DNA from: an uncultured Candidatus Saccharibacteria bacterium
Lineage (GTDB): Bacteria > Patescibacteriota > Saccharimonadia > CAILAD01 > GCA-016700035
NCBI GenBank assembly: GCA_964646575.1
Contig: CAZYFT010000002.1
Span: 4,459-68,458 of the forward strand
Reading direction: 5' to 3'
Length of the DNA: 64,000 bases
A model generated the notes under the pieces. The model was given only the letters and a program-made list of their open reading frames with translations, made no database searches and was not told the origin of the DNA. The translations under genes were made by a program, and so were the position numbers. Shown here one piece after another: positions 1 through 10,119 of this stretch. How positions within the stretch are numbered: the first letter of the stretch is position 1; each line of letters starts with the position of its first letter.

Positions 1-282
1 TCTTATCGATAAGGCGCTCAGTATTTTGTACGTATTTTGCACGCATACCCTCAGAATCACCCCTGGCAATTGTCTCAGTCGGCACTACACCCTCTCGATC
101 GGTAATGAGGTGCAGATAATTTTCTGCAGTCAGAAGCTTAAATTCAATACGCTTTTCTTTTTCTGCGCCTGAAGGATGAAGTCCTTTTTCCATAAGCATA
201 AGCGTAACATATTTTACCGGTTTACAGTTGGCAGAGAGTATTGTAAAATTACCACCATTCCGCACCTTAAGGGAGATCTTCC

Positions 283-801
283 ATGAAACACGTCGACCCA
301 GCTGCGTTGCCAGTCCAGTTCCGTCGAGATGCGCGAACCACTCGCGAGCTCATCGACCAAGCTGAGCGGCATGCGAAGGCCGGAAAACACGCAGCGGCAC
401 TCCAGGCGTACAAAGACGCCTACCGCGAAAGTCGCCAGCTTCCCGATCGAGATCTCGAGATCGAGATTGCGCTACTCTTGGCACGCTATCAGTTCGAACG
501 CGGCCATCTTGATGCCGCGCAAGACTGGCTGGCCACACACTGCATACTGCTTGTAGATGAGGTTGGCATTCGGGAAGGTGACATAGTCTCAGGCAATGGT
601 ATCACCTTTCACTTTGTCACCACCGCCAGTTTGCACGAGCCTGGCGCCGAGACAATCAAGGTATACCGTGATTTCTCAGACACCTGGAAGAACCCCTTCG
701 TACTCGAAGCGATGGCCGACGAGGTCCATCCGTTCGGCGCGCAATTTCTGCCAGCAAAGGAACTGCTGCTCGCCATTCGCACCGCCTCCACCCCAGAGTG
801 A
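283..801 (+). CDS. hypothetical protein (high-GC island gene)
   Basis: 172-aa ORF with high GC. Preceded by a TATTGTAAAAT extended -10-like motif and followed by a hairpin terminator. No recognisable catalytic motif. Confidence 0.5.
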   Translation: MKHVDPAALPVQFRRDARTTRELIDQAERHAKAGKHAAALQAYKDAYRESRQLPDRDLEIEIALLLARYQFERGHLDAAQDWLATHCILLVDEVGIREGDIVSGNGITFHFVTTASLHEPGAETIKVYRDFSDTWKNPFVLEAMADEVHPFGAQFLPAKELLLAIRTASTPE

Positions 802-817
802 TCTGGGGTGTTTATTT
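791..817 (+). terminator. intrinsic terminator (CCCCAGA-GTGA-TCTGGGG then T-rich)
   Basis: Perfect 7-bp stem overlapping the stop codon, followed by TGTTTATTT. Confidence 0.5.
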
Positions 818-880
818 ACATACTTAAATTATTATTGTAAAATATCATCTATTCGTACCTACTAGTGAATCGAGAAAACC

Positions 881-1558
881 ATGGACAGATATCTGGAGGC
901 CTTCGACGCCGCCGAGCAGGCACGCATCCAGGGCAACAGTGAAGAGGCAGTCGAGCTGTATGCCGAAGCTTCGAGTCTGGCAAAAGAGAGCTCCTCTGCA
1001 GATCTCGTCGCCCTCCACCACATGTGGGGAGTGACCCTGACCAGCCTGGGGCTGACCGACGAGGCGCTCGGCCATCTCAACATGGCACTCTCCCGAGCAA
1101 ACGCCGCGAATGACTTCAAGCTCTGTGCCGTAATCGACCGAGATATGGCCCGAGCTAATCTCATGGGAGAGAACCCCGGTGTGGCGCTTGATTTGATTGT
1201 TTGTTCTCTCTTCCATACTCCACAGGAAGATCTTGCTGAGCGTGGAGCCAGCATCGGAGTAAAGGCTCGCATCTTGTTTGCACTAGGTCGACACCAAGAA
1301 GCTCTCGAGCTGTTCGGGACTGCCGATGCGCTTCTTCAGCGCTCCGAGAACCGCCACTACGAGCTCTACAATCTCCTGCATTTCATGGAGACCGTCATCG
1401 AACACTGCGATATCTACGGCGGTGATGATGGAGCTCGCAACTTCCTGCAGAACCAGTGGAGAAGACTGCGTGCGCTCGCCGTCAGCCATGGTGGGCGCCA
1501 CCACCGCGAGCAAGCTGAAAGGATCGCTACAGACATCTTCGCGGATGTCGAGGGCTAA
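881..1558 (+). CDS. TPR-like repeat hypothetical protein (high-GC)
   Basis: 225-aa ORF. Helical Ala/Leu-rich repeat pattern typical of TPR. Own promoter-like TTGTAAAAT upstream and a strong terminator downstream. Confidence 0.5.
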   Translation: MDRYLEAFDAAEQARIQGNSEEAVELYAEASSLAKESSSADLVALHHMWGVTLTSLGLTDEALGHLNMALSRANAANDFKLCAVIDRDMARANLMGENPGVALDLIVCSLFHTPQEDLAERGASIGVKARILFALGRHQEALELFGTADALLQRSENRHYELYNLLHFMETVIEHCDIYGGDDGARNFLQNQWRRLRALAVSHGGRHHREQAERIATDIFADVEG

Positions 1559-1568
1559 TTCCTCTCCA

Positions 1569-1596
1569 CCCCGAGCTAATGCTCGGGGTATTTTTA
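1569..1596 (+). terminator. rho-independent terminator CCCCGAGC-TAAT-GCTCGGGG + TATTTTTAT
   Basis: Perfect 8-bp stem with a 4-nt loop and a T-run, seen directly in the sequence. Confidence 0.65.
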
Positions 1597-1648
1597 TACT
1601 AAAAAGAGCCCCAAAATGAGGCTCCTTTTAGGTTTGGCGATGTAGTCG

Positions 1649-3552
<1,904 letters not shown>

Positions 3553-3625
3553 TCTTACCTCCTAAAAATTACTTAGTTCTTACTCGATGTAAAAAATGTT
3601 AATGCTATCTGGTTCTGAGAAAGCA

Positions 3626-3652
3626 TTAGCACTCTCATAAGTCGAGTGCTAA
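3626..3652 (-). promoter_or_regulatory. CIRCE operator (HrcA binding site) TTAGCACTC-N9-GAGTGCTAA
   Basis: Exact match to the CIRCE consensus inverted repeat, located between the groESL promoter and groES. Confidence 0.9.
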
Positions 3653-3656
3653 ATTT

Positions 3657-3685
3657 AGTATAGAAAGTCCTTGGTGGCGCGTCAA
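3657..3685 (-). promoter_or_regulatory. groESL sigma70-type promoter (TTGACG-17-TATACT)
   Basis: -35 and -10 hexamers with a 17-nt spacer immediately upstream of CIRCE on the minus strand. Confidence 0.6.
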
Positions 3686-3690
3686 GCAAT

Positions 3691-3725
3691 AAAAACGCCC
3701 AGTCATACTCGACTGGGCGAAAAAA
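3691..3725 (-). terminator. intrinsic terminator CGCCCAGTC-ATACTC-GACTGGGCG flanked by A/T runs
   Basis: Perfect 9-bp stem directly after the stop of the 3726..4562 gene, followed by a T-run on the minus strand. Confidence 0.6.
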
Positions 3726-4562
3726 CTACATGGTGGACTGGAGTGTATGCGCCAGCTCGCGGCCCTTCTCGATGGCTAGCTGCCAATCACGCTGCATGGC
3801 CTGCGCTACCATTCGATCACCCCCCATGTAGTCCCCAGGGAAGATCGGCTCCATCACTATCGCGACAGCGCAGTAGCGGCGCAGAAAACGCGTTCGTCGC
3901 TTTTCATCAGCCTTACCTACTCCGTAGATAGCCAAGGGCACCAGCGGAACACCAGCTCGAATCGCGGCGTACATCGCACCCAGCTTGGCCTCGGAAAGAT
4001 CGTCATCATCACGGCGCGTACCTTGCGGATACAGCACCACGGGCTGACCGCGACGCAAGGCAGAATTCAGCACGTCTTTCATCTCGTACTTGGTATAGAC
4101 GACCTTTTGGTACTGCGGCCGCTTGATCCAATCCACATCACGCATGAAAGGCACACAGCCCATGATCTGATTGATCCACTTCAACCAGCCCCAGCGCACG
4201 AAGTCGGGCTTCGAGGGCCAGGCCATCGGCCGACGGATCAGACCGGTGAGCGGAATGTCGAGAACATGCTGATGGTTGGGCGCCACCACAAATGGGTAGT
4301 CACTCACCTTTCCGCTGTCTCGCCGGCGATATCGCGTCGGGTAGTAGTTGGGTTCGGGCTGCGGCAAGTTGTGTAGGCAGGCAATCTCGCCCTTCATACG
4401 AGTAGCAGCCGCCAGCAGAATCAACCGACGGAACACTCGGTAGCCGAACCACGGACCAATTCCATTGGCCGACTTGAGGCCGCGCAAACGCTTGGCATCT
4501 TCCTCGGGCGTCAGAGCTGGGTAGTCGGACTTCGATGGCCTATCACTGGAATTATCCACCAT
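3726..4562 (-). CDS. PlsC-family lysophospholipid/1-acylglycerol-3-phosphate acyltransferase (high-GC)
   Basis: NHQHVLD (HX4D acyltransferase motif) and a YPQGTR (PEGTR-like) block. GC is far above the window average. Confidence 0.7.
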   Translation of the reverse strand: MVDNSSDRPSKSDYPALTPEEDAKRLRGLKSANGIGPWFGYRVFRRLILLAAATRMKGEIACLHNLPQPEPNYYPTRYRRRDSGKVSDYPFVVAPNHQHVLDIPLTGLIRRPMAWPSKPDFVRWGWLKWINQIMGCVPFMRDVDWIKRPQYQKVVYTKYEMKDVLNSALRRGQPVVLYPQGTRRDDDDLSEAKLGAMYAAIRAGVPLVPLAIYGVGKADEKRRTRFLRRYCAVAIVMEPIFPGDYMGGDRMVAQAMQRDWQLAIEKGRELAHTLQSTM

Positions 4563-4635
4563 GATGCAACCCTTCCTTTTGATAGGTGCTAGGACTGCGC
4601 GGTATCGTACCAGAAAATCAACAGAATGTCATGAG

Positions 4636-4664
4636 TAAAAAAGAAACCCCCACCGAAGTGGGGG
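4636..4664 (-). terminator. intrinsic terminator CCCCCAC-TTCG-GTGGGGG + T-run
   Basis: Hairpin followed by a T-tract on the minus strand, just after the stop of the 4696..6465 gene. Confidence 0.55.
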
Positions 4665-4695
4665 CCGAGAGAGGACCGAAGCCCTCCCCCGAAAA

Positions 4696-6465
4696 TTACG
4701 AACCTGCAGCCGCGCGGCGACTGCGATCCTCGGCATTGAGCCGAGCCAGTTCGTCGATGGTCGCATCCAAGCGAGCCTGGAGCTCGACATCGGTGAGTCC
4801 GTCGAGTTCGCCACTCGCACCGGGGCTTTCGCCACCCGTGGGATTGGAACCCGAACTGCCACTCGAAGCCGAGCCGTCGTAGAGGACACGCCCCATCTCG
4901 CCACCGTTGAGCTCCACCGCCTGGTCCAGCTGACCGGGACGGATGGTGAGCAAATAGCGAGGCTGACCTGATCGGACCGCGAAGGCCGACCAGTTGCCGT
5001 CAGCAGAGGGAATGAACTCCTGCAGCTCGCCCTCCTGCCCCTTGTTGAGGAAGGAGGAATCGATGCGGGCGAGGACGTCCCGAGCACGACGCTCGAGATC
5101 CTGCTCGGTGAGCAGCCCCTTGTCTTCCTCGTGGTGGACCTGCACGCGCATGGGGTTGAACTCCCCATACGTGACCGAACCACTCTCGACCAGCGAGAGT
5201 GCCATGATGGTCTCCGCGCGGGACTGACGAGGCGTCAGAGGGGTGGCGTAGTAAGCGCGCTCATCCAGGGCGGAACGCAGGACGTACTCCGAGGAGTTAC
5301 CCTTGTTCGCACCCAAATTCACTGGATCGAAACCGAAGCCATTGGCCTGCCACTTGCGTCCGGCACCCCAATTGATCATCTCGCGCTGCTGCGCGGCGAT
5401 GCTGATGGGGTACACGGGGCCTTCGAGCTCACCGATCTTGACCGAGCGCTTGTACTCGACCTGCGGCTCACCCGATTGACTCCCTCGGACCACGACAACG
5501 CCAGCGGGAACTTCCACGCTGCGTCCACCGAACCACCGATCCATCTTGACCGGCAGCACGATGGTGGGCACGTTGCCTTCGGCGCAGTAACCGTACGCGT
5601 CGGACAGGGTCCAGAACACGTTCGGAACCTTCTGTCGCACCTGATCCGAGAGACTGTTGGCGTACTCGCCGGTGAGAGCGTAGTTGAGCTCGTTCTCACC
5701 TTCGAATCGACACTGGTAGATCTTCTCGGGGTCGCCATTCCACTCGACGATGGAGTCGATGTGAATACGCTTACCCGAGCCATCACGGATGGTCGTCCAG
5801 CGGCCAGTGCCGTCTTCGGCTGGCAAGTAGGCGTAAGTCTCGTCCAGGACATCAGCCCTGGAGTCACCGGTCGCCCGCTCCGACATCACCTTCTGCGCGC
5901 CCACCAACGATGCGGGGCGTGCGTCGAAGCCCTTCTCGAGGTACTCGATGGGGGTGACGTCGATCTTCACCTGCGGGTCGTGCGACCCGTTGATGCGCTC
6001 CAGGATCAGCGGTTGCTTCTTCTGGGAGGCATACTGGATGGTGATCGACGGAGTGATGGCCCGCGGGGTCAGCTTGGCGTCCAGCGTGAAGGACACGAGG
6101 AGCAACACAGCGGCACAGACCCCGGCGATGACCGCGAGGATACTGTTGAACATGCGACCACGGTTGAAAGCGGTCACCTCATCAGCATCGATCTCGCTGT
6201 TGAAGCCGTAGCGATTGCTCGGGATGGAGTCGTAGCTCCAGTAGGCCGCGATGGCGAAACTGAAGCCAGCCACGATGAGCCAGAACACCTGTCCGCTACG
6301 CGAGCCGACCGACAACATCAAACGCTGTGCGCGCTCAACGCTGTAGCCCGCTTGAGGCCACAGTGAGCCGATCAACTTGGCGATGATGAACCAGAGGCCC
6401 GAGATCACCGCGAAGACACTGACGAACAGGCCGAAGCCCAGCCAGAGCGGCTTGAGTTTCTTCAT
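4696..6465 (-). CDS. polytopic membrane protein of unknown function (high-GC), Ser/Gly-rich C-terminal tail
   Basis: 589 aa. The N-terminus has several hydrophobic helices, followed by a large soluble domain and an SGSSGSNPTGGESPG low-complexity tail. Long high-GC ORF. Confidence 0.6.
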   Translation of the reverse strand: MKKLKPLWLGFGLFVSVFAVISGLWFIIAKLIGSLWPQAGYSVERAQRLMLSVGSRSGQVFWLIVAGFSFAIAAYWSYDSIPSNRYGFNSEIDADEVTAFNRGRMFNSILAVIAGVCAAVLLLVSFTLDAKLTPRAITPSITIQYASQKKQPLILERINGSHDPQVKIDVTPIEYLEKGFDARPASLVGAQKVMSERATGDSRADVLDETYAYLPAEDGTGRWTTIRDGSGKRIHIDSIVEWNGDPEKIYQCRFEGENELNYALTGEYANSLSDQVRQKVPNVFWTLSDAYGYCAEGNVPTIVLPVKMDRWFGGRSVEVPAGVVVVRGSQSGEPQVEYKRSVKIGELEGPVYPISIAAQQREMINWGAGRKWQANGFGFDPVNLGANKGNSSEYVLRSALDERAYYATPLTPRQSRAETIMALSLVESGSVTYGEFNPMRVQVHHEEDKGLLTEQDLERRARDVLARIDSSFLNKGQEGELQEFIPSADGNWSAFAVRSGQPRYLLTIRPGQLDQAVELNGGEMGRVLYDGSASSGSSGSNPTGGESPGASGELDGLTDVELQARLDATIDELARLNAEDRSRRAAAGS

Positions 6466-6531
6466 GATTCCCCTTTCAGGGGTAGTAGGTACTTTCCAGC
6501 GAAACGGTCGCTGGCACCGAGAGGGTCATCC

Positions 6532-6576
6532 CCTCATGGTGTGTAACGGGAAGGCATACACCTTCGCACCATGAGG
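6532..6576 (-). promoter_or_regulatory. structured 5' leader: 10-bp perfect inverted repeat CCTCATGGTG...CACCATGAGG
   Basis: Seen in the sequence upstream of the 4696..6465 gene. A second hairpin, CCCCTTTCAGGGG, overlaps the putative SD. Confidence 0.3.
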
Positions 6577-6716
6577 CGATGAAGCCTTCACTAAAAGCAA
6601 CAAAGTATGGAGCTTGTTGCCACCCTGAGCGGTCCCGTTATCCGCTCATCACTCCGTTCGTTCATATCTGTCGTTTTCGGCGCTTGATGAGAGGATAGGT
6701 TTGTCAGGGCAAGTAG

Positions 6717-6774
6717 ACACAAAAATCCCGCTGGCCACGGACCTAAGGCTTAGTCCAGGGCGAAACGGGATTTT
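6717..6774 (-). terminator. intrinsic terminator (AAAATCCCG...CGGGATTTT compound hairpin + T5)
   Basis: 9-bp outer stem with an internal GGAC/GTCC sub-hairpin and a T-run on the minus strand, after the 6853..7911 gene. Confidence 0.5.
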
Positions 6775-6852
6775 CGATACCTATAGCGTATTAAGTTGTA
6801 AGAGTATATTAGCAAATACACACTATTTTGTCAAGAGTTATTGGCAACTTTA

Positions 6853-7911
6853 TTAAACTTTACGTGACTTTTTAACTTTCTTATCTGTAGCGCGTAATGG
6901 CTTAAGTTCTTTTTTTGGCTCCACCCACGTACCACGCAACTTCTGCCAGGCTTCGGCGATGGCGCCGCTTTCATCGAGTGCATGTAAATTTATTATGTCC
7001 GGACGTACTCGCACGAAGGCCTCTGGCTGCAAGTTTTTAACCTGCTTGCTGGTATGCCGAAGATGAATTTTATACCCGCGATCATCCAAACTATCCATCC
7101 ACTTCATGCCCGCTCGATCAATCGTGCGTCCACCTTTGGGCCAAAGATAATTTGGCGCATGTAAGCGCACATATGGGCTCGCCTGCAAAATCTCATACCA
7201 ACGTCTCTCTCCGTACACTGGCACTGCCGTCATCAGCCAATAAATCAGGTGCGGGTCGTTCTCATGCATAATATCGCGCTCAAACATCACACCACGAGTA
7301 GTTAAAAACATCCCTAAGCTAAACTGTCCGGCCTTTTTCTCTTCTGTTTCCAAGAGTTTTGCCCACCCCAGTGTTTTCCAAAGTAGCCCCTTGGCAACAA
7401 ATACCCGTCCCGGCGTAGTTACAATTAGGAGATCTATATCGCTATCCTCATGCACGTTCCCGATAGCGACACTATTTACCACGCACACCGCTTTAATAAA
7501 TGGTAATTTCGCCAAAACTCGCGCTAATTTTCGAGCTCTCCTGATTAAATATTCTCTGTGTGCCTGGGTTTTGTGCAAATCTGCATAGCGCACACCAGGC
7601 AAGCCAAAGTCATCATTCACCCGCGCCAAATCTCCAGCTTCAGCCATTTCGCGCGTCATTGCCTGCACTGCCAGGTGGCTGGCTTTTACAGAGAGCAGCG
7701 CATTGAGACGATCGGTACTCACCGGCAAACCAAACACCGCAAAATATGCCACCATGTCTAAGATGGCCTCGCGGATGGTCTGTTCTTTATCCTGAGCATT
7801 CATATGCTGTTCATCATAACAAACCTGAAGGACTGAAAGAAAAGTAAATAAAAAAGATTTGAGCCGGTACGCTTGTTGGCGCACCGGCTCTGCGTGCCGT
7901 TTTGCAGGCAC
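6853..7911 (-). CDS. Pol-beta-superfamily nucleotidyltransferase-domain protein (function unknown)
   Basis: VNSVAIGNVHEDSDIDLLIV matches the minimal nucleotidyltransferase motif [GN]S-x10-DxD-hhh. An alternative start lies at the internal Met around 7803. Confidence 0.55.
   Translation of the reverse strand: MPAKRHAEPVRQQAYRLKSFLFTFLSVLQVCYDEQHMNAQDKEQTIREAILDMVAYFAVFGLPVSTDRLNALLSVKASHLAVQAMTREMAEAGDLARVNDDFGLPGVRYADLHKTQAHREYLIRRARKLARVLAKLPFIKAVCVVNSVAIGNVHEDSDIDLLIVTTPGRVFVAKGLLWKTLGWAKLLETEEKKAGQFSLGMFLTTRGVMFERDIMHENDPHLIYWLMTAVPVYGERRWYEILQASPYVRLHAPNYLWPKGGRTIDRAGMKWMDSLDDRGYKIHLRHTSKQVKNLQPEAFVRVRPDIINLHALDESGAIAEAWQKLRGTWVEPKKELKPLRATDKKVKKSRKV
7846..7889 (-). terminator. intrinsic terminator AGCCGGTGCGCC-loop-GCGTACCGGCT + T6
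   Basis: Near-perfect 11-bp stem, then CAAATCTTTTTTATTT on the minus strand. Lies at the 3' end of the candidate ncRNA. Confidence 0.5.
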
Positions 7912-8446
7912 CCGAGGTAGTGATTCTGGACTATCGAGGCCAGTTCACCCTGACAGTAGGAGGAGCGCGCCGGGCACTCACTACTTTCGGTTTTGGACGA
8001 TGTCTGTCCTGCGGGCCACACTGATGCAAGAGTGAATTACGAGTCAAGCTCGGTTTACCTCTGGCTCACCAGTTAAGTTCCTCGCTCACCGTTTTCGTCA
8101 CCCCGGGATCCAGGGTCGTTACGCCAGACCGACTCAAGGCTCTTCTTACCTTGACTAACATTGCTGTCAGCTAAAAGCCAGTCTGGCTAAACGTGATCCT
8201 TGGTGTGCAACTAGGTTTCCCCCTTCGAGACTTCCCGTCAGTTCTTCACCGACGCGTCGAATGATACGAGTTCTCTGTGTGCTCTTCCTGGTTTTCTCAG
8301 GTGCTGCCCGTTAGGGCGGTGCTCGCGACATAACCCCCCTTCAGGTATTACGGGTCGCGGCTGGGGCTCGGATGCCCCTCGGTGCGCCGCTGGCTAGCAG
8401 GGCGCTCTGTTCACCACACAGCGGTCTTACCCGCGTTTGGCGATGC
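7890..8446 (-). ncRNA. long structured ncRNA, central part RNase P RNA-like (candidate rnpB)
   Basis: No ORF over about 560 nt. The promoter at 8452..8480 and the terminator at 7846..7889 bracket it. The minus-strand read shows GGGAAGUCUCG (P4 5' strand, 8226..8233) able to pair with CGAGCUU (8046..8052), including the characteristic bulged U and a compensatory C-to-U/G-to-A change relative to E. coli. GGGGGAAACC, GGUAAGA-GAGC and GGUAAACC blocks occur in the canonical CR order. The P1/P2 helices and exact ends were not resolved. Confidence 0.4.
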
Positions 8447-8451
8447 TTCGT

Positions 8452-8483
8452 ATAGTACCACGTATTGACATCTTTGTCAATAC
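8452..8483 (-). promoter_or_regulatory. sigma70-type promoter TTGACA-17-TACTAT overlapped by perfect palindrome GTATTGACA-TCTT-TGTCAATAC
   Basis: Hexamers and spacing read directly. The 9-bp inverted repeat covers the -35 and could act as an operator or hairpin. Confidence 0.4.
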
Positions 8484-8497
8484 ATTTTGCAGTAGTA

Positions 8498-9862
8498 TTA
8501 ACTATTTTCTTGAATAAGCGCTTTGATCTCTTTGTGAGCTGCCGCTAAAGCAGTCTTAGTTCTGGCTTCAATATTGAGACGAACTAAAGGCTCGGTGTTA
8601 CTAGGACGAATACTGGCGCGCCAGTCATCGGTGCGGATACATAACCCATCGAGCGTATCAAGTTTGGCGGCACGATAATGTTTCTCGAGAGCGATTAAGA
8701 GCCTTGATGTATCCGCTACATCGAGATTCTCTTCTGGAATACTCTGATATTTTCGATAAGGACGCACCAGTTCCGACAGCGGCTTTTCGGTTTCCGACAT
8801 CACGCCCAGAACCATTACCGCGGTGATCAACGCTGAATCACAGTAAAAATTATCACGAAAGTAAAAATGACCGGAGGCCTCGCAGCCAAAAATTGCGTTA
8901 CGGTCGCGCATCACGGCTTGCATGTAGCTATGACCAACCCGGCTTTGCACTATTTCCCCGCCAAGAGCCTCCACAGTTTCACGCACAATGTCGCCTACCA
9001 CCACGCTCTGCACCACTGTACTCTTGGGGTTTTCACCTAAAAATGTGTGCGCCAGCAGGGCTGCGAGTGCCGCCGCCTCCACCGCTTCGCCTTTTTCGTC
9101 TACAAAGAAGCAACGATCACCATCACCATCAAAAGCGATGCCGCAATCGAGTTCATTTCGCTGTACGAGAGTTTTAAGGTCGTCCATCGCCCCTTCCAGC
9201 ACCGGATTTGCCGGGTGATTTGGGAACGTGCCATCTAGCTCCATATACAAGCCAGATACCTCTAAGCCGGTCAGCTCCTGCAGCTTTGGAATCGGCACCG
9301 AACCCATCCCATTACCAGCATCAACACCTACTTTAAGTGGCTTTAAATCAGTGCCAGCAAAGCGCAATGTGTGCTCCACCCAATCTGTTAGAATGTTTTT
9401 CTCGAGCTTTTTGCCAGGCTCATCCGCCGATGCAAGTTCACCTTTAAGAACCCGTTTTTTCAGGTCATTAAGCCCGCCTTCAGCACTCAATTGCACCACG
9501 CCCGCAGCCGTCAGCTTAATGCCGTTATACTTGCCTGGATTATGGCTGGCGGTAATCATCGCCGCACCAGCTAAATCATACTGCCCGACAGCAAAATAGC
9601 TCATATCCGTCGTAACCATGCCGATATCCAGCACTTCCCTGCCTTGCAAGATAAGTCCGTCTATGAAAGCTGTCGCCAATTCTTCGGAATCCGCGCGCAT
9701 ATCACGACCAACCGCAATCGTACCCTCTGGCATTTCGAGAGCAAACGCCTGAGCAATATCTAGAACCACGTCAGCATTCAGCTCATCGCCAACCACACCC
9801 CGAATATCGTAGGCTCGAAAAATCGCGTCTAAACGCGCGGCGCGCTCGCTTCCCTCACTCAT
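8498..9862 (-). CDS. glmM: phosphohexomutase (phosphoglucosamine mutase / phosphomannomutase family)
   Basis: ITASHNPGKYNGIK active-site serine loop and a GVDAGNGMGS metal-binding block. 454 aa. Confidence 0.8.
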   Translation of the reverse strand: MSEGSERAARLDAIFRAYDIRGVVGDELNADVVLDIAQAFALEMPEGTIAVGRDMRADSEELATAFIDGLILQGREVLDIGMVTTDMSYFAVGQYDLAGAAMITASHNPGKYNGIKLTAAGVVQLSAEGGLNDLKKRVLKGELASADEPGKKLEKNILTDWVEHTLRFAGTDLKPLKVGVDAGNGMGSVPIPKLQELTGLEVSGLYMELDGTFPNHPANPVLEGAMDDLKTLVQRNELDCGIAFDGDGDRCFFVDEKGEAVEAAALAALLAHTFLGENPKSTVVQSVVVGDIVRETVEALGGEIVQSRVGHSYMQAVMRDRNAIFGCEASGHFYFRDNFYCDSALITAVMVLGVMSETEKPLSELVRPYRKYQSIPEENLDVADTSRLLIALEKHYRAAKLDTLDGLCIRTDDWRASIRPSNTEPLVRLNIEARTKTALAAAHKEIKALIQENS

Positions 9863-10084
9863 GGAGCTTATTATAGCTGATTTCGTCTAAAGAGAAACAT
9901 CAGGAGGGCGAACAGTATTGACAATCTAAGCATAAGAAATGTCGATAAGGCCGCATAAAATGCAATTCGCGGCCAAAAACGCCGACGGGGGCGTTATCCC
10001 GGTCACTCATTAACAATGCCTTCCCCTTGATCCAGGGATGCCTAATAAGAGTGAGGATCCAGGGTCACGCTGGAATCGTGACGG

Positions 10085-10118
10085 CCCCCAGTCTTCAGAC
10101 TGGGGGCTTCTTCTTTTT
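10085..10118 (+). terminator. orphan plus-strand intrinsic terminator CCCCCAGTC-TTCA-GACTGGGGG + CTTCTTCTTTTT
   Basis: Perfect 9-bp stem and T-run on the plus strand. There is no plus-strand gene upstream, so it may terminate an unannotated sRNA in 9900..10118. Confidence 0.5.
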
Positions 10119-10119
10119 A

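Noticed and set aside
5131-6366. 411-aa plus-strand ORF and other alternative-frame ORFs within the 4696..6465 region
   Set aside because: High GC suppresses stop codons and produces long spurious frames. The translation is Arg/Gly/Val-rich without domain features, whereas the minus-strand frame has coherent membrane and soluble domains.
7912-7945. Possible tmRNA 5' end (GATTCTGGACTATCGAGG resembles GAUUCUGGAUUCGACGGG)
   Set aside because: No matching 3' T-arm or CCA end, and no plausible tag reading frame on the plus strand. The region is better explained as the 3' part of the minus-strand ncRNA.
8103-10068. 12-mer GACCCTGGATCC shared between 8103 and 10057
   Set aside because: Roughly a hundred chance 12-mer repeats are expected in 64 kb. 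It is noted only as a weak link between two candidate RNA regions.
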